Origin: an uncultured Candidatus Saccharibacteria bacterium
GTDB lineage: Bacteria > Patescibacteriota > Minisyncoccia > Phycocordibacterales > WO2-35-19
Length of the DNA stretch: 56,332 bases
Assembly (NCBI GenBank): GCA_964440955.1
Contig: CAYTTP010000003.1
Span: 1 to 56,332 of the forward strand
Direction of reading: 5' to 3'
The position numbers and the translations under genes are program-made. This document shows positions 36,588-46,398 of this stretch, piece by piece. The notes under the pieces were generated by a model. It made no database searches. It was not told the DNA's origin and was given only the letters and a program-made list of their open reading frames with translations. Positions within the stretch are counted from its first letter, which is position 1. Every line of letters begins with the position of its first letter.

Positions 36588-37256
36588 ATGAAGGATACAA
36601 AATATTCGTATCAGAATTTAGTAGGATATATAAGTAGAATAATATTTATATTTGGCGTACCACTTATATTTGTCTATTTTTTTATTTATAAACCACTCAC
36701 TTTAAATAAATGTTTTTCATTTGTTAGTGAGGATGCTCTAAATAACAAGACTGTTGAAATTCAGGTGATCCGTTCTTTGGACCAGGTTGCACAAGAAATT
36801 AAATCATTGGATCCTATTTTACCATTAAATAATGACTGGTTTAAATTTAATGTAACTTTTAGTAATAATTTTAAAGTTGCAATAGTAACATCTAAACCAG
36901 ATTCATACACAGAGGCAACGACAACTTTTTTCTTAGAAACAAAAAACGGAAGCTCTACTATTCCATATGACCAGAAAATAATCATCAATGAAGTAGGGTC
37001 AGAAAATTTAAATAGTCTTATTACAAATCTTGGTTTTATTACAAACAATAAACCTATTTATGTACCTGGCGGCAGTATGATTTCCTTACAAACTAATCCA
37101 AATTTAGGTCAGTTCTGCTCTTTAGTGGAATTAAGTAGAAAATACAAGTTATTAATATACATTGAATCTCTTATAATATTTATTGGTCTGCTTTTAATAA
37201 CCAAAGAAATAATTAGCTTTATAAAACAAGGATTTTCAAATTATTTTAAATTATGA
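36588..37256 (+). CDS. hypothetical membrane-anchored protein (very AT-rich, Asn/Ile/Lys-rich)
   Basis: 222-aa ORF with N- and C-terminal transmembrane helices; roughly 28% GC, well below neighbouring genes. Confidence 0.45.
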   Translation: MKDTKYSYQNLVGYISRIIFIFGVPLIFVYFFIYKPLTLNKCFSFVSEDALNNKTVEIQVIRSLDQVAQEIKSLDPILPLNNDWFKFNVTFSNNFKVAIVTSKPDSYTEATTTFFLETKNGSSTIPYDQKIIINEVGSENLNSLITNLGFITNNKPIYVPGGSMISLQTNPNLGQFCSLVELSRKYKLLIYIESLIIFIGLLLITKEIISFIKQGFSNYFKL

Positions 37257-37283
37257 TAACCTCTGGCCAGAAGGAGGTATGTT

Positions 37284-37763
37284 TTGAACGAACATTGGAC
37301 AGAGATTGAAATTCAAGCTTTGGCCGGAGTCTCAACGTTTGAGGAATTGGCTGAGGTTGCAGTTTGTATTGTTGGACGCATGAGTGCAACTGGAAAGGAG
37401 GTAGTCCAAATCTGTGGGCCAATGAGTACTGGCGGGCTCGGCAACCTAAAGGACAACATGGCCCGTTTTCGTTTGGCCATTGATCGAGCTGCTGAAAATG
37501 GCATCTTGGTCTTCGACCAAATTCCTTTCCAGAACGAGATTATCCGTCTCTGTTCTTTTAAGGAAGGGCAAGACAAATACGATTGGGAGATTCTTGAGGT
37601 TTTCTACAAAAGAATTTTCGAATCAGGTTATGTCCATCGTGCTCTTTTTCTACCAGGTTGGGAGGATTCAGTGGGAGCGAGTTGGGAGCGAGAACTTACA
37701 ACCAAACTTGGCCTCATTGTTGAAGACTACCCAGTCGAGTGGCTTCAGGATTTATGGGTCTGA
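37284..37763 (+). CDS. hypothetical protein
   Basis: 159-aa ORF with GGAGG ribosome-binding site, roughly 48% GC; no confident family assignment. Confidence 0.4.
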   Translation: MNEHWTEIEIQALAGVSTFEELAEVAVCIVGRMSATGKEVVQICGPMSTGGLGNLKDNMARFRLAIDRAAENGILVFDQIPFQNEIIRLCSFKEGQDKYDWEILEVFYKRIFESGYVHRALFLPGWEDSVGASWERELTTKLGLIVEDYPVEWLQDLWV

Positions 37764-37810
37764 ACAGAAGTTCAGACCCAATTTTGTTACCGCCCGAGAT
37801 GCTTCGATTA

Positions 37811-37885
37811 TGCTAGTATAAAAATAATAAGAAAAGCCTTGTGGTGCAATGAACAAAAGAGGTTCGAATCCGAGACGGCCCGCCA
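37811..37885 (+). repeat. repeat unit ending in a tRNA 3'-end-like fragment (ggttcgaatccgagacggcccgCCA)
   Basis: tgctagtataaaa...cttgtgg...ggttcgaatccgagacggcccgcca; a homologous unit lies at 38884-38957. Followed by the conserved leader cccgccaagtcg...ttaatgaaata...ttttgcatagac, also seen after tRNA-Trp at 36525-36587. Confidence 0.55.
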
Positions 37886-37974
37886 AGTCGTGCACAGCAC
37901 GAGATGCATTAATGAAATAGTTTTCTAATTTTGCATAGACTTACCTTAAATTTATGAGCTGATATAATTTTGGT

Positions 37975-38388
37975 ATGAAAATCATTGATCCCGGCCATAT
38001 CTACGAGCTAAGGCAATTAGGCGATGATAAGACTCAAACTCTGACTTTTATAAAACGTTCTAGTGGTACAATCCAATATGATAAAGAATGGTCAGGACTT
38101 CAAACTCAAGAAGTTTTAAGAGCTTTGATAGATAGGACTTTATATTTAGATAAGGTTTTAGAATGTAAAGAAACAAAAGAAGCAATTAAACATCTCCGAG
38201 CTACCTTATACTGGTATGAAGTGAGAGCTTTGAGGAGAAAAAGATCAAAAACAAATCGAACAACAAACAACCATGATGATTCTGAAACTCCTCCCTATGA
38301 AATGCAATATGCTCCAGATATTCCATTTACTGAAGTTGATATAGAGAAAAAAGAGATTGGAGAGGATGGTCATATAATTCAGTATTAA
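37975..38388 (+). CDS. hypothetical protein
   Basis: 137-aa ORF, no family recognised. Confidence 0.35.
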   Translation: MKIIDPGHIYELRQLGDDKTQTLTFIKRSSGTIQYDKEWSGLQTQEVLRALIDRTLYLDKVLECKETKEAIKHLRATLYWYEVRALRRKRSKTNRTTNNHDDSETPPYEMQYAPDIPFTEVDIEKKEIGEDGHIIQY

Positions 38389-38390
38389 AT

Positions 38391-38879
38391 ATGAGGAATT
38401 CTACTCTTGTTTTTTTGGTTAAAAGGAATACTAGCAAGAATATTGAAAATATTTGTCTTGCTATGAAAAAGAGAGGCTTTGGGGCTGGGCGATATAACGG
38501 CACAGGTGGAAAGGTAGAAGAAGAAACTATAGAAGAAGCAGCCATTCGGGAAACAAGAGAGGAGATTGGTGTTCAAGTGGAAAATTTAGTTAAAGTTGCA
38601 AAATTAGAATTTAGATTTCCACATAATCCAGCATGGGATCAGATAGTGCATGTATTTTTGTCAGAAATTTGGGATGGAGAACTGACGGAAAGTGAAGAGA
38701 TGAAACCAGAATGGTTTTCGGTTAGTAAGATTCCATACGATACTATGTGGCCAGATGATAAGTTCTGGTTGCCAAAAGTTATTGCTGGAGATCTGATTAA
38801 AGGTAGTTTCGTCTTTGGTGAGAATGATATTGTAGTTCAGCAAGAAGTCGATGTGGTATCTATGTTCAGGGAAGCTTAG
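38391..38879 (+). CDS. NUDIX hydrolase (MutT-like)
   Basis: Nudix box GGKVEEEETIEEAAIRETREEIGV. Confidence 0.7.
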   Translation: MRNSTLVFLVKRNTSKNIENICLAMKKRGFGAGRYNGTGGKVEEETIEEAAIRETREEIGVQVENLVKVAKLEFRFPHNPAWDQIVHVFLSEIWDGELTESEEMKPEWFSVSKIPYDTMWPDDKFWLPKVIAGDLIKGSFVFGENDIVVQQEVDVVSMFREA

Positions 38880-38883
38880 ATTG

Positions 38884-38957
38884 TGCTAGTATAAAATTGA
38901 TTAGAAAAATCTTGTGGGACGACAAACTTAAAATGTTTGAACCCGAGACGGCCCGCA
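38884..38957 (+). repeat. second copy of the tgctagtataaaa...cttgtgg...ccgagacggcccgca repeat unit
   Basis: attgtgctagtataaaattgattagaaaaatcttgtgggacgacaaacttaaaatgtttgaacccgagacggcccgca aligns with 37808-37884. Confidence 0.5.
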
Positions 38958-38966
38958 ATATTTGAA

Positions 38967-39506
38967 ATGAATAACAATCTCAAAACAGCGGTGTTTGCCA
39001 ATGGATGCTTTTGGTGTACAGAAGCAGTATTTAAAATGCTTAGAGGAGTTTTGTCGGTAGTACCCGGATATACAGGAGGTGACACACCAAACCCAACTTA
39101 TGACAACGTTTGTAGTGGTGCGACCGGACACGCTGAAGCTATAAAAATTGAGTATGACTCGACTATTATTTCGTATGAAGATTTGCTTACTGTCTTCTTT
39201 TACACTCATGATCCAACCACTCTAAACAGACAGGGCAATGATGTAGGTACCCAATACCGTTCGGCCATCTTTTACACAACAAGCGAAGAGAAAGAAAAAG
39301 CAGAAGCGGTAATAAAAGAATTAAATGATAAACATGCATACGATAAGCCGATAGTCACAGAGGTGACTTTGCTGGACCATTTTTATGAAGCAGAAAATTA
39401 TCACCATGATTATTATGAAAATCACAAAGATCAAACTTATTGCAACCTTGTCATAACACCCAAACTTGAAAAGATGCAAAAGCGCTTTGCTGAATTATTA
39501 AAATAA
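38967..39506 (+). CDS. msrA: peptide methionine sulfoxide reductase MsrA
   Basis: [10 protein letters not shown]...[27 protein letters not shown]...[19 protein letters not shown]; start taken at MNNNLK. Confidence 0.85.
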   Translation: MNNNLKTAVFANGCFWCTEAVFKMLRGVLSVVPGYTGGDTPNPTYDNVCSGATGHAEAIKIEYDSTIISYEDLLTVFFYTHDPTTLNRQGNDVGTQYRSAIFYTTSEEKEKAEAVIKELNDKHAYDKPIVTEVTLLDHFYEAENYHHDYYENHKDQTYCNLVITPKLEKMQKRFAELLK

Positions 39507-39517
39507 ATTTAAATATT

Positions 39518-39910
39518 ATGGACGAGCAGGAAATCAAAAACAAGCTTACACCTGAAGAATATGTTGTTTTGAGGGAGAAGGGTACTGAAGCGCCTTTTTC
39601 CGGCAAATTACTTCATGAAAAAAGGAGTGGTACTTACAATTGCAAAGTTTGTGGGACTGCCCTTTTTGCTTCGACTGCTAAGTTTGATTCGGGTACTGGT
39701 TGGCCTTCGTTTGACCAAGCTCTGCCTGACGCAGTGAAAGAAATCGAGGACAATAGCCATGGTATGCGTCGAGTGGAGATAGTTTGTGCGAAGTGTGGCT
39801 CTCACCTCGGGCATGTTTTCCCTGATGGACCAACAAAAACCGGCATGCGCTATTGTTTAAATTCGGTCTGTCTTGATTTGTCGCCTGACAAGGATCAACC
39901 TCTAAATTAA
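39518..39910 (+). CDS. msrB: peptide-methionine (R)-S-oxide reductase MsrB
   Basis: CxxC...CxxC zinc motif and the catalytic region [17 protein letters not shown]. Confidence 0.85.
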   Translation: MDEQEIKNKLTPEEYVVLREKGTEAPFSGKLLHEKRSGTYNCKVCGTALFASTAKFDSGTGWPSFDQALPDAVKEIEDNSHGMRRVEIVCAKCGSHLGHVFPDGPTKTGMRYCLNSVCLDLSPDKDQPLN

Positions 39911-40899
39911 TCCAAAAATTTCCTCACTTCCTTTTTGATGAGGGAGGATTTGGGGGTAAGTCTCTCGACAGAGCTCGGGGTGAACTTTTCGACTTCGCTC
40001 AGGGTAAGCCACCTAATATTTTTGTCTTTCTTGAACCAAGTCATCTGGCGTTTGGCGTAATGCCAAATGGCGGTTTCAAGTTGGGCAAGCATTTCTTCTT
40101 TTGTTATTTTATTCTGCAAAAATAAGGCTAGGTATTTGTATTCAAGTCCGAGTTCTTGCATGCGTTTAAAACTCAAGCCTTTAGCGTGGAGTTTTTTGGC
40201 TTCTTGTACCATGCCCTGCTTCATACGTTTTAGTAGGCGAGTATGAATTCTTTTTCTTAACTCCTCTCCCTCTATTTTTATGCCTATCTTGCATACTTCG
40301 TACCCGCCCGCTTCGACTACGCTTACGTGTCGGGCAGGTTTCCTAGCTTCTAGATTCGAGCTTCTAGATTCTAGTTTTGGAACATGTCCCAAAGCCTCCA
40401 CTATTTCAATCGCCCTTATCAATCGTCGAGGGTTTTTGGAATCGATGGTTTTGGCTCTGTCGGGATCAAGTTTTTGGAGCATTTTAAACAAGCTCTCGGT
40501 CGATTTGGTTCCAAGTTTCTTTCTTAGTTTTTCATTTGGTGGTACTTCAGGAATTTGTTTGTCGCCCAAAAGAGCGTCAATATAAAATCCGGTTCCACCA
40601 CAAATAATTGGCACTTTACCTTTCTCTACAATTTGTCCGATCGTCGCTTTTGTAGATGTGACAAAGTCGGAAGCGGTAAATTGATTTTTTGGATTTGCGA
40701 CATCAAGGAGGTGGTGTGGGATGCCTCGCATTTCTTTTTTTGTTATCTTGCCGGTCCCTATATTGAGTCCTTTGTAAACTTGGCGAGAATCAGCGGAAAT
40801 CACTTCGCCGTTTATGGCTCGCGCCAACTCTACCGCCAAGTTGCTTTTGCCACTCGCCGTCGGCCCGCAGATAATTATAATTTTTTGCCTCGCTCTCAT
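39907..40899 (-). CDS. miaA: tRNA dimethylallyltransferase
   Basis: P-loop [33 protein letters not shown]. Confidence 0.85.
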   Translation of the reverse strand: MRARQKIIIICGPTASGKSNLAVELARAINGEVISADSRQVYKGLNIGTGKITKKEMRGIPHHLLDVANPKNQFTASDFVTSTKATIGQIVEKGKVPIICGGTGFYIDALLGDKQIPEVPPNEKLRKKLGTKSTESLFKMLQKLDPDRAKTIDSKNPRRLIRAIEIVEALGHVPKLESRSSNLEARKPARHVSVVEAGGYEVCKIGIKIEGEELRKRIHTRLLKRMKQGMVQEAKKLHAKGLSFKRMQELGLEYKYLALFLQNKITKEEMLAQLETAIWHYAKRQMTWFKKDKNIRWLTLSEVEKFTPSSVERLTPKSSLIKKEVRKFLD

Positions 40900-40949
40900 T
40901 TCTAGAGTATATTGATTTTTACTTGATTTTCAATATAATTTTAGAGTAT

Positions 40950-41030
40950 GCCGGAGTGGCGGAATGGTAGACGCGCACGACTCAAAATCGTGTCTCGCAA
41001 GGGGTGGAGGTTCAAGTCCTCTCTCCGGCA
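40950..41030 (+). tRNA. tRNA-Leu (anticodon CAA)
   Basis: Acceptor gccggag/ctccggc, anticodon arm cacga-ctcaaaa-tcgtg, long variable arm, T-arm ggagg-ttcaagt-cctct, discriminator A; no encoded CCA. Confidence 0.8.
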
Positions 41031-41190
41031 CAGATTGAGCAAAGCGAAAGTGGTGTCGGAGAGGCGTAGCTTTTTGTAAAAAAGCGTTACGCGGACTTGA
41101 AACCCGATTGAGATTTTTTAGGAGTATCGCGAACTAAAAAACCAATTGGGGTACTGAGTCTGTAAGACTCAAGTCCTCTCTCCGGCACCA
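41031..41190 (+). repeat. tRNA-associated repeat unit (Leu-CAA locus, diverged) ending in a copy of the tRNA 3' end with CCA
   Basis: gagcaaagcgaaag...ctgtaagac followed by tcaagtcctctctccggcaCCA (41169-41190), copying tRNA positions 41012-41030; the gene continues ...ggcaCAG. Confidence 0.55.
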
Positions 41191-41224
41191 GAATTTTGCT
41201 CTTCTGTGTTAGAATATTTTTGTA

Positions 41225-42253
41225 ATGAACAATAATTCAAATTTTTATCAAAATTCAATATTTTGGGTGGAGGTAGACAAAATCAAACCAAACCCATTTC
41301 AGCCACGGCGCGAATTTGACCCAGAGGCTCTTAAGGCACTCGCTGATTCTATAAAACAATATGGAGTTTTGCAGGCACTTGTGGTCACACGACGCGAATT
41401 TGAAAAACCGGAAGGCGGGCTTGGAGTTGAATATGAACTTATCGCCGGTGAACGCAGGCTTCGAGCCTCAAAAATAGCTGGTCTCTCTCAAGTACCGGTT
41501 TTGATACGTATCGGGGAAACAGATACAAAGCACGCCGAAGATTTGATGAAGCTCGAACTTGCAATCATCGAAAACGTTCAACGAGAGGATCTAAATCCGG
41601 TCGAAAGAGCCAAAGCTTTCAAAAAACTTGCCGACGATTTTGGTTTCAAACATCAACAAATTGCCCAGAAGATAGGTAAGAGTCGAGTGTATGTGACAAA
41701 CACAATGCGCATACTTGATTTGCCGGAAGAGATGCTCATCGCTCTTTCGGAAGGAAAAATCAATGAAGGCCATACTCGCCCACTACTCATGCTCATCGAA
41801 AGACCAGAAGAACAAAAAGTGCTCTTTCAAGATATCATGCTCCGCAAAATGACTGTGCGGGAAGCAGAGGTAGCGGCGCGACGTATTGCTCTTGAGAGGG
41901 TGCGCAAAATAAACGCTTCGATTGACCCAGAAATAATGGCTTTGGAAGAAAAATTTACTGAGTCGCTCGGTACTCGAGTACGTATTGAAAAGAAAGAAAA
42001 TGGCGGCAAACTTATGATCGAGTTTTTCTCGAATGATGATTTGGAAGATATTTTGAAGATGATAAATAAAAAAGAGAATCATGAATTAGGTATTATGAAT
42101 CATGGCGAGGAAAAGGAGGAAGAAGGCCAAAAAATAGAAGACGATAGGACGGGGGAGCAAATAAAAGTAGCAGAAGAAACACCAATCCCAACTCTGGACG
42201 AGGCAGCGAAGCAAGAGGAGGAGCTCTATTCGATCAAAAACTTTTCTCTTTAA
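41225..42253 (+). CDS. parB: chromosome partitioning protein ParB/Spo0J
   Basis: ParB box GERRLRASKIAG, HTH region, acidic C-terminal tail. Confidence 0.8.
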   Translation: MNNNSNFYQNSIFWVEVDKIKPNPFQPRREFDPEALKALADSIKQYGVLQALVVTRREFEKPEGGLGVEYELIAGERRLRASKIAGLSQVPVLIRIGETDTKHAEDLMKLELAIIENVQREDLNPVERAKAFKKLADDFGFKHQQIAQKIGKSRVYVTNTMRILDLPEEMLIALSEGKINEGHTRPLLMLIERPEEQKVLFQDIMLRKMTVREAEVAARRIALERVRKINASIDPEIMALEEKFTESLGTRVRIEKKENGGKLMIEFFSNDDLEDILKMINKKENHELGIMNHGEEKEEEGQKIEDDRTGEQIKVAEETPIPTLDEAAKQEEELYSIKNFSL

Positions 42254-43627
42254 TTAAAGATTTCCCCTTATATACTTTTTAGCAAAACTTGTTTTTGCAT
42301 ATTCAAGCCATTTGCGGTTTGGCTTAGAATTTTTGTTGGTTACAACTTCGACGATCTCGCCTCCCTTGAGGATGGTGTCGATTGATTTCATTTGGCCATT
42401 TACTTTTGCTCCTGACATTTTATTACCGATCGCTGAGTGTATCGAATAAGCAAAGTCGATAACCGATGCTCCTTGTGGCAAATCAACAACATCTCCCTTT
42501 GGAGTGAAGACAAATATTCGCTCGCTTAAGAAATCGGTCTTGATATCTTTTTCTGAAAATTCAGCCATAGCTTCAAGCCATGGAGCCAGTTGTTTTTGGG
42601 TTGCTCCTTTGTAGACTCCATGAGAAGCTACTCCGTACTCGGCAGAAGTATGCATTTCTTCTGTTCGGATTTGAATCTCGACCATATCACCGTTGCCAGT
42701 AAATACGGTAGTATGCAGGCTTTGGTAACCGTTTTGTTTTGGGAAAGCAATATAATCTTTTATCTTGCCTGGGACTGGTTTCCATGAAGCATGAACGATA
42801 CCAAGGGCTCGATAACAGTCCTCGGTCTTTTTGGTGATGATACGCATGGCGAGGACGTCAGTTATCTTGTCGATATCTTTTTTGCTTTTCAAATATTTTT
42901 TGTATAAGCTCCACGACCCCTTAACCCGATAGTCAGAATGAAATTCGACAAAATTGGCTGAAGCCAGTTCTTTACTTACTGACTTTCTAAATTTTTCTAG
43001 ATTCTTGACACGTGAGTCGTAATCTTTTTTTATAAGCTCTGTTATTTCCTTATAACCAAGAGGTTCTACATATTTGAAAGCGAGGTCTTCGAGTTCTCTC
43101 GACAATTTCCTGATACCAAGTCGATAGGCTATCGGAGCGTATATCTCAATGGTCTCTCTCGCTATGCGAAACTGTTTTTCTTTAGGTACAAATTCAAGAG
43201 TTTGCATATTGTGAAGTCTGTCGCAGAGCTTCACTATAAGAACACGGATATCCTTTGATGTTGCAAGAAGTAGTTTGCGTAGAGATTCGTTGTGTCTGTC
43301 GGATCCATGGTATCGAAGCTCGCCAAGTCGAGAAACACCTTCGACAATAAATCGTACATCTTTGCCAAATTCTGCTTCAATGGTCTCGGTTGTCATCTTG
43401 GTGTCTTCTATTACATCATGCAATAGTCCGGCACTTATAGTCGTAGCGTCCATACCAAGTTCGGCTATCTTTAAAGCTGTCAAAAATAGGTGATTGAAAT
43501 ACGGTTCACCGCTGTGTCTTTTTTGATCCCTGTGCGCTCTTTCGGCAAAATCATAAGCTCGCGACACCATATCGCTCTCTTCTTTCGATACTACAAATTC
43601 TAAGAGCTTTTTTAGGTTCGGCTCCAT
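42254..43627 (-). CDS. bifunctional (p)ppGpp synthetase/hydrolase Rel/SpoT (short form without TGS/ACT domains)
   Basis: HD domain (HLFLTALKIAELGMDATTISAGLLHDVIEDT) followed by a RelA/SpoT synthetase domain. Confidence 0.8.
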   Translation of the reverse strand: MEPNLKKLLEFVVSKEESDMVSRAYDFAERAHRDQKRHSGEPYFNHLFLTALKIAELGMDATTISAGLLHDVIEDTKMTTETIEAEFGKDVRFIVEGVSRLGELRYHGSDRHNESLRKLLLATSKDIRVLIVKLCDRLHNMQTLEFVPKEKQFRIARETIEIYAPIAYRLGIRKLSRELEDLAFKYVEPLGYKEITELIKKDYDSRVKNLEKFRKSVSKELASANFVEFHSDYRVKGSWSLYKKYLKSKKDIDKITDVLAMRIITKKTEDCYRALGIVHASWKPVPGKIKDYIAFPKQNGYQSLHTTVFTGNGDMVEIQIRTEEMHTSAEYGVASHGVYKGATQKQLAPWLEAMAEFSEKDIKTDFLSERIFVFTPKGDVVDLPQGASVIDFAYSIHSAIGNKMSGAKVNGQMKSIDTILKGGEIVEVVTNKNSKPNRKWLEYAKTSFAKKYIRGNL

Positions 43628-43674
43628 TTTTTGATTATGCAGGAGATATTTGATTTTGTAAAACTATTTAAAAT

Positions 43675-45933
43675 CTATTCAGTTTTCTTTTTGAAACGAC
43701 CGCGACCAAATTTTTTTGGTTCTTTGAATATTTCCAATGCTCTCTCTAAGGATACTGTATAAACATCGTCGGTCTTGAGTGAGCGAAAATCTTTTTGATG
43801 GACGACATATGGTCCAAAACGACCGATGTTTGCGCTTATCATTTCGCCAGTCTCGGTGTGGACTCCAAGCTCGCGAGGCAAGCTCAAATATTTGAGGGCT
43901 TCCTCGAGAGTCACTTCGTTTGGATTTTTGTCTTTCGGGATACTCGCCCTTCGTGGCTTCTCTTTTTTTGTCTTTATTTTTTTACTCTTTTTTTCTGATG
44001 ATTTTTCTTCTATATTTTCAATTTTCAATTTTTCTTTTTCAATTTGGATTCCTCCGAGTTGGACATACGGTCCAAACCTGCCATCCATCACGTAGACTGG
44101 CAGATTGGACACAGGGTCAATACCAATTGCTTCAGCTTCCTTTACTTCAGAGCCATCGATATTTCTCATTCCTTTGCATGTAGGAAAATCCTCGCAAGAG
44201 AGAAACTTACCACCCTTGCCAAGCTTTACTACCATGCCTTTGCCACAGACTGGACATTTTAGTTTTGGATCAGCTTCACCAAGGGTGGTCAGCTTTGCTG
44301 TTTTGTCTTTTTCTTTTACTTCCTTTATAAATGGTTTATAAAATTCTTCGAGAGTAGTTTTGTAGTCGCGCTTGCCGTCGGCGATATCGTCGAGTTCGTT
44401 TTCCATCTCTGCGGTGAAGGTGTCGCTAATATAATTTTCAAAGTTATTCTCAAGAAAAGTTGAAACCACATCACCGGTGTCGGTCGGTTTTAGAGTCCTA
44501 CCGTCTTTTTCGACATAGCCACGCTCAATGATGGTGTTGATTATAGAAGCATAAGTTGAAGGTCGGCCGATACCACGTTTTTCGAGCTCTTTGATAAGCC
44601 CTGCTTCACTGTAACGGTTTGGTGGCTCGGTTTGTTTTTCCTCACTTTTTATATCAAGGAGGTTTAATGGTTCATTTGTCGTGACCTTTGGCAAAATGAC
44701 ATCTTCACCTTTGGCGCGTGGGTCGGCAAGAAGCCAACCTTCTTTGACGACTCGGGAACCATTTGAATGGAAATCGGGGATCTTACTTTGCGAAACGGTG
44801 CTCACTATTTTGGTGCGCATCACGAGTGCATCCACCATCTGGCTTGAAACAGCTCTTTGCCAGATGAGTTTGTAAAGTTTTTTTTGATCTTCGGTACTAC
44901 CTACTTCTTCGCGTTCGAAATGGGTAGGGCGGATCGCTTCGTGGGCCTCTTGGGCATTTTTGGATTTGGTTTTGTAGCCACGGGTTTGTACCATCTCCGC
45001 ACCATATTTTTTGGAGACGATTGTTTGTATTTGACCGATTGCTACTTGAGCCATGTTGAGGCTGTCGGTGCGCATATAGGTAATGTGTCCGGCTTCATAG
45101 AGTTTTTGAGCGGCCATCATGGTGCGCTTTGGTGAAAAGCCGAGTCGAGTCGAGGCTGACTGTTGCAAGGTGGAGGTGCTAAATGGCGGACGAGGGCTAC
45201 GTTTTGCTTCGGTTTCGGTCACTTCTTTCACACTCCACGAACCAGTCTTTACTGCTTCATAAATCTTATCCGCTTCCTCTTTGGTTTTTGGTTCAATTTC
45301 GCAAAAAGCTTGAAATGGGGCTTTGGAATTATTTTCTAAGGTCGCACCAATAACAAAAAAAGTTTCCGGTTTGAAGGCTCGGATTTCGCGTTCGCGCTCC
45401 ATGAGTATTCGGAGGGCGGGTGATTGGACGCGTCCGGCTGAAAGACCATAACGTACCTTTTTCCAGATGAGGCCTGATAGGTCGTAACCAACGAGGCGAT
45501 CGAGGACTCGCCGTGCTTCTTGGGCTTTGCGCAAGTCTTGGTCAATTGCTCGAGGATGCTTCAGAGCTTCTTCAATCGCTTCTTTGGTTATCTCTTGATA
45601 TGTAACTCTTTTAATTTTCGAATCTTCAATCTTCAATTTTTTAATCTCTTCCGCGAGGTGCCAAGCTATCGCTTCGCCTTCACGGTCGGGGTCGGTCGCG
45701 AGGAGTATTTCGTCTGCCTTTTTGGCCAGCCTCCCTATTTCTTCGATCACTCTCTCTTTACCTTTGGAGATTTCGTAGTGGGGGACAAAGCCTGCTTCGA
45801 TATCGATTGCCTTTTTGTTTGACTTTGGTAAGTCACGCACATGACCAACGCTTGCGACTACATTAAAATCACTACCGACATACTTGCCGATAGTTTTGGC
45901 TTTGGCGGGCGACTCGACGATGAGTAATTTCAT
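43675..45933 (-). CDS. topA: DNA topoisomerase I
   Basis: TOPRIM MKLLIVESPAKAKTI, active-site Tyr region, C-terminal zinc-ribbon (CPVCGK) and a Lys-rich tail. Confidence 0.9.
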   Translation of the reverse strand: MKLLIVESPAKAKTIGKYVGSDFNVVASVGHVRDLPKSNKKAIDIEAGFVPHYEISKGKERVIEEIGRLAKKADEILLATDPDREGEAIAWHLAEEIKKLKIEDSKIKRVTYQEITKEAIEEALKHPRAIDQDLRKAQEARRVLDRLVGYDLSGLIWKKVRYGLSAGRVQSPALRILMEREREIRAFKPETFFVIGATLENNSKAPFQAFCEIEPKTKEEADKIYEAVKTGSWSVKEVTETEAKRSPRPPFSTSTLQQSASTRLGFSPKRTMMAAQKLYEAGHITYMRTDSLNMAQVAIGQIQTIVSKKYGAEMVQTRGYKTKSKNAQEAHEAIRPTHFEREEVGSTEDQKKLYKLIWQRAVSSQMVDALVMRTKIVSTVSQSKIPDFHSNGSRVVKEGWLLADPRAKGEDVILPKVTTNEPLNLLDIKSEEKQTEPPNRYSEAGLIKELEKRGIGRPSTYASIINTIIERGYVEKDGRTLKPTDTGDVVSTFLENNFENYISDTFTAEMENELDDIADGKRDYKTTLEEFYKPFIKEVKEKDKTAKLTTLGEADPKLKCPVCGKGMVVKLGKGGKFLSCEDFPTCKGMRNIDGSEVKEAEAIGIDPVSNLPVYVMDGRFGPYVQLGGIQIEKEKLKIENIEEKSSEKKSKKIKTKKEKPRRASIPKDKNPNEVTLEEALKYLSLPRELGVHTETGEMISANIGRFGPYVVHQKDFRSLKTDDVYTVSLERALEIFKEPKKFGRGRFKKKTE

Positions 45934-46398
45934 AATACGAAGTAACGAATTGATTGCGAATATATACGAATGTATCTAAGAATAAATGGAAAAGGCGGAA
46001 AATGCAAAATCGCACCTCAAACAGACCTCACCCTCGCTCCGCTCTCCTTACAGGAGCTGTACACCTTTCGCATTAGGAAATGCTCAAGGTCTTGCGAAGC
46101 TCCACGCATTCACTTCTCACCCTCTCCTAGACTTAGGAGAGGGAAAGCAAGAACAACAAACAAAAAAGGGCAAGCCCAGTCGCGTCTGACGCGGCTGGGC
46201 TTGGATTGAAAAAGTTTCAGTCCTCGTTTAGTGTCGTAGCTTATGACGAAGCTGGATAACAAACAAGAGTAAGATTGTGAGGAAGGCTAGGCCTATCCTA
46301 CCCATGCCGCTTTCGATAGACGGCAGAAGTAGGATGGAACCAAGCAGGGCCGTAACTGAAAGAGTTTTTAGCATGGAGGAACTCTGACAAATAGCATA

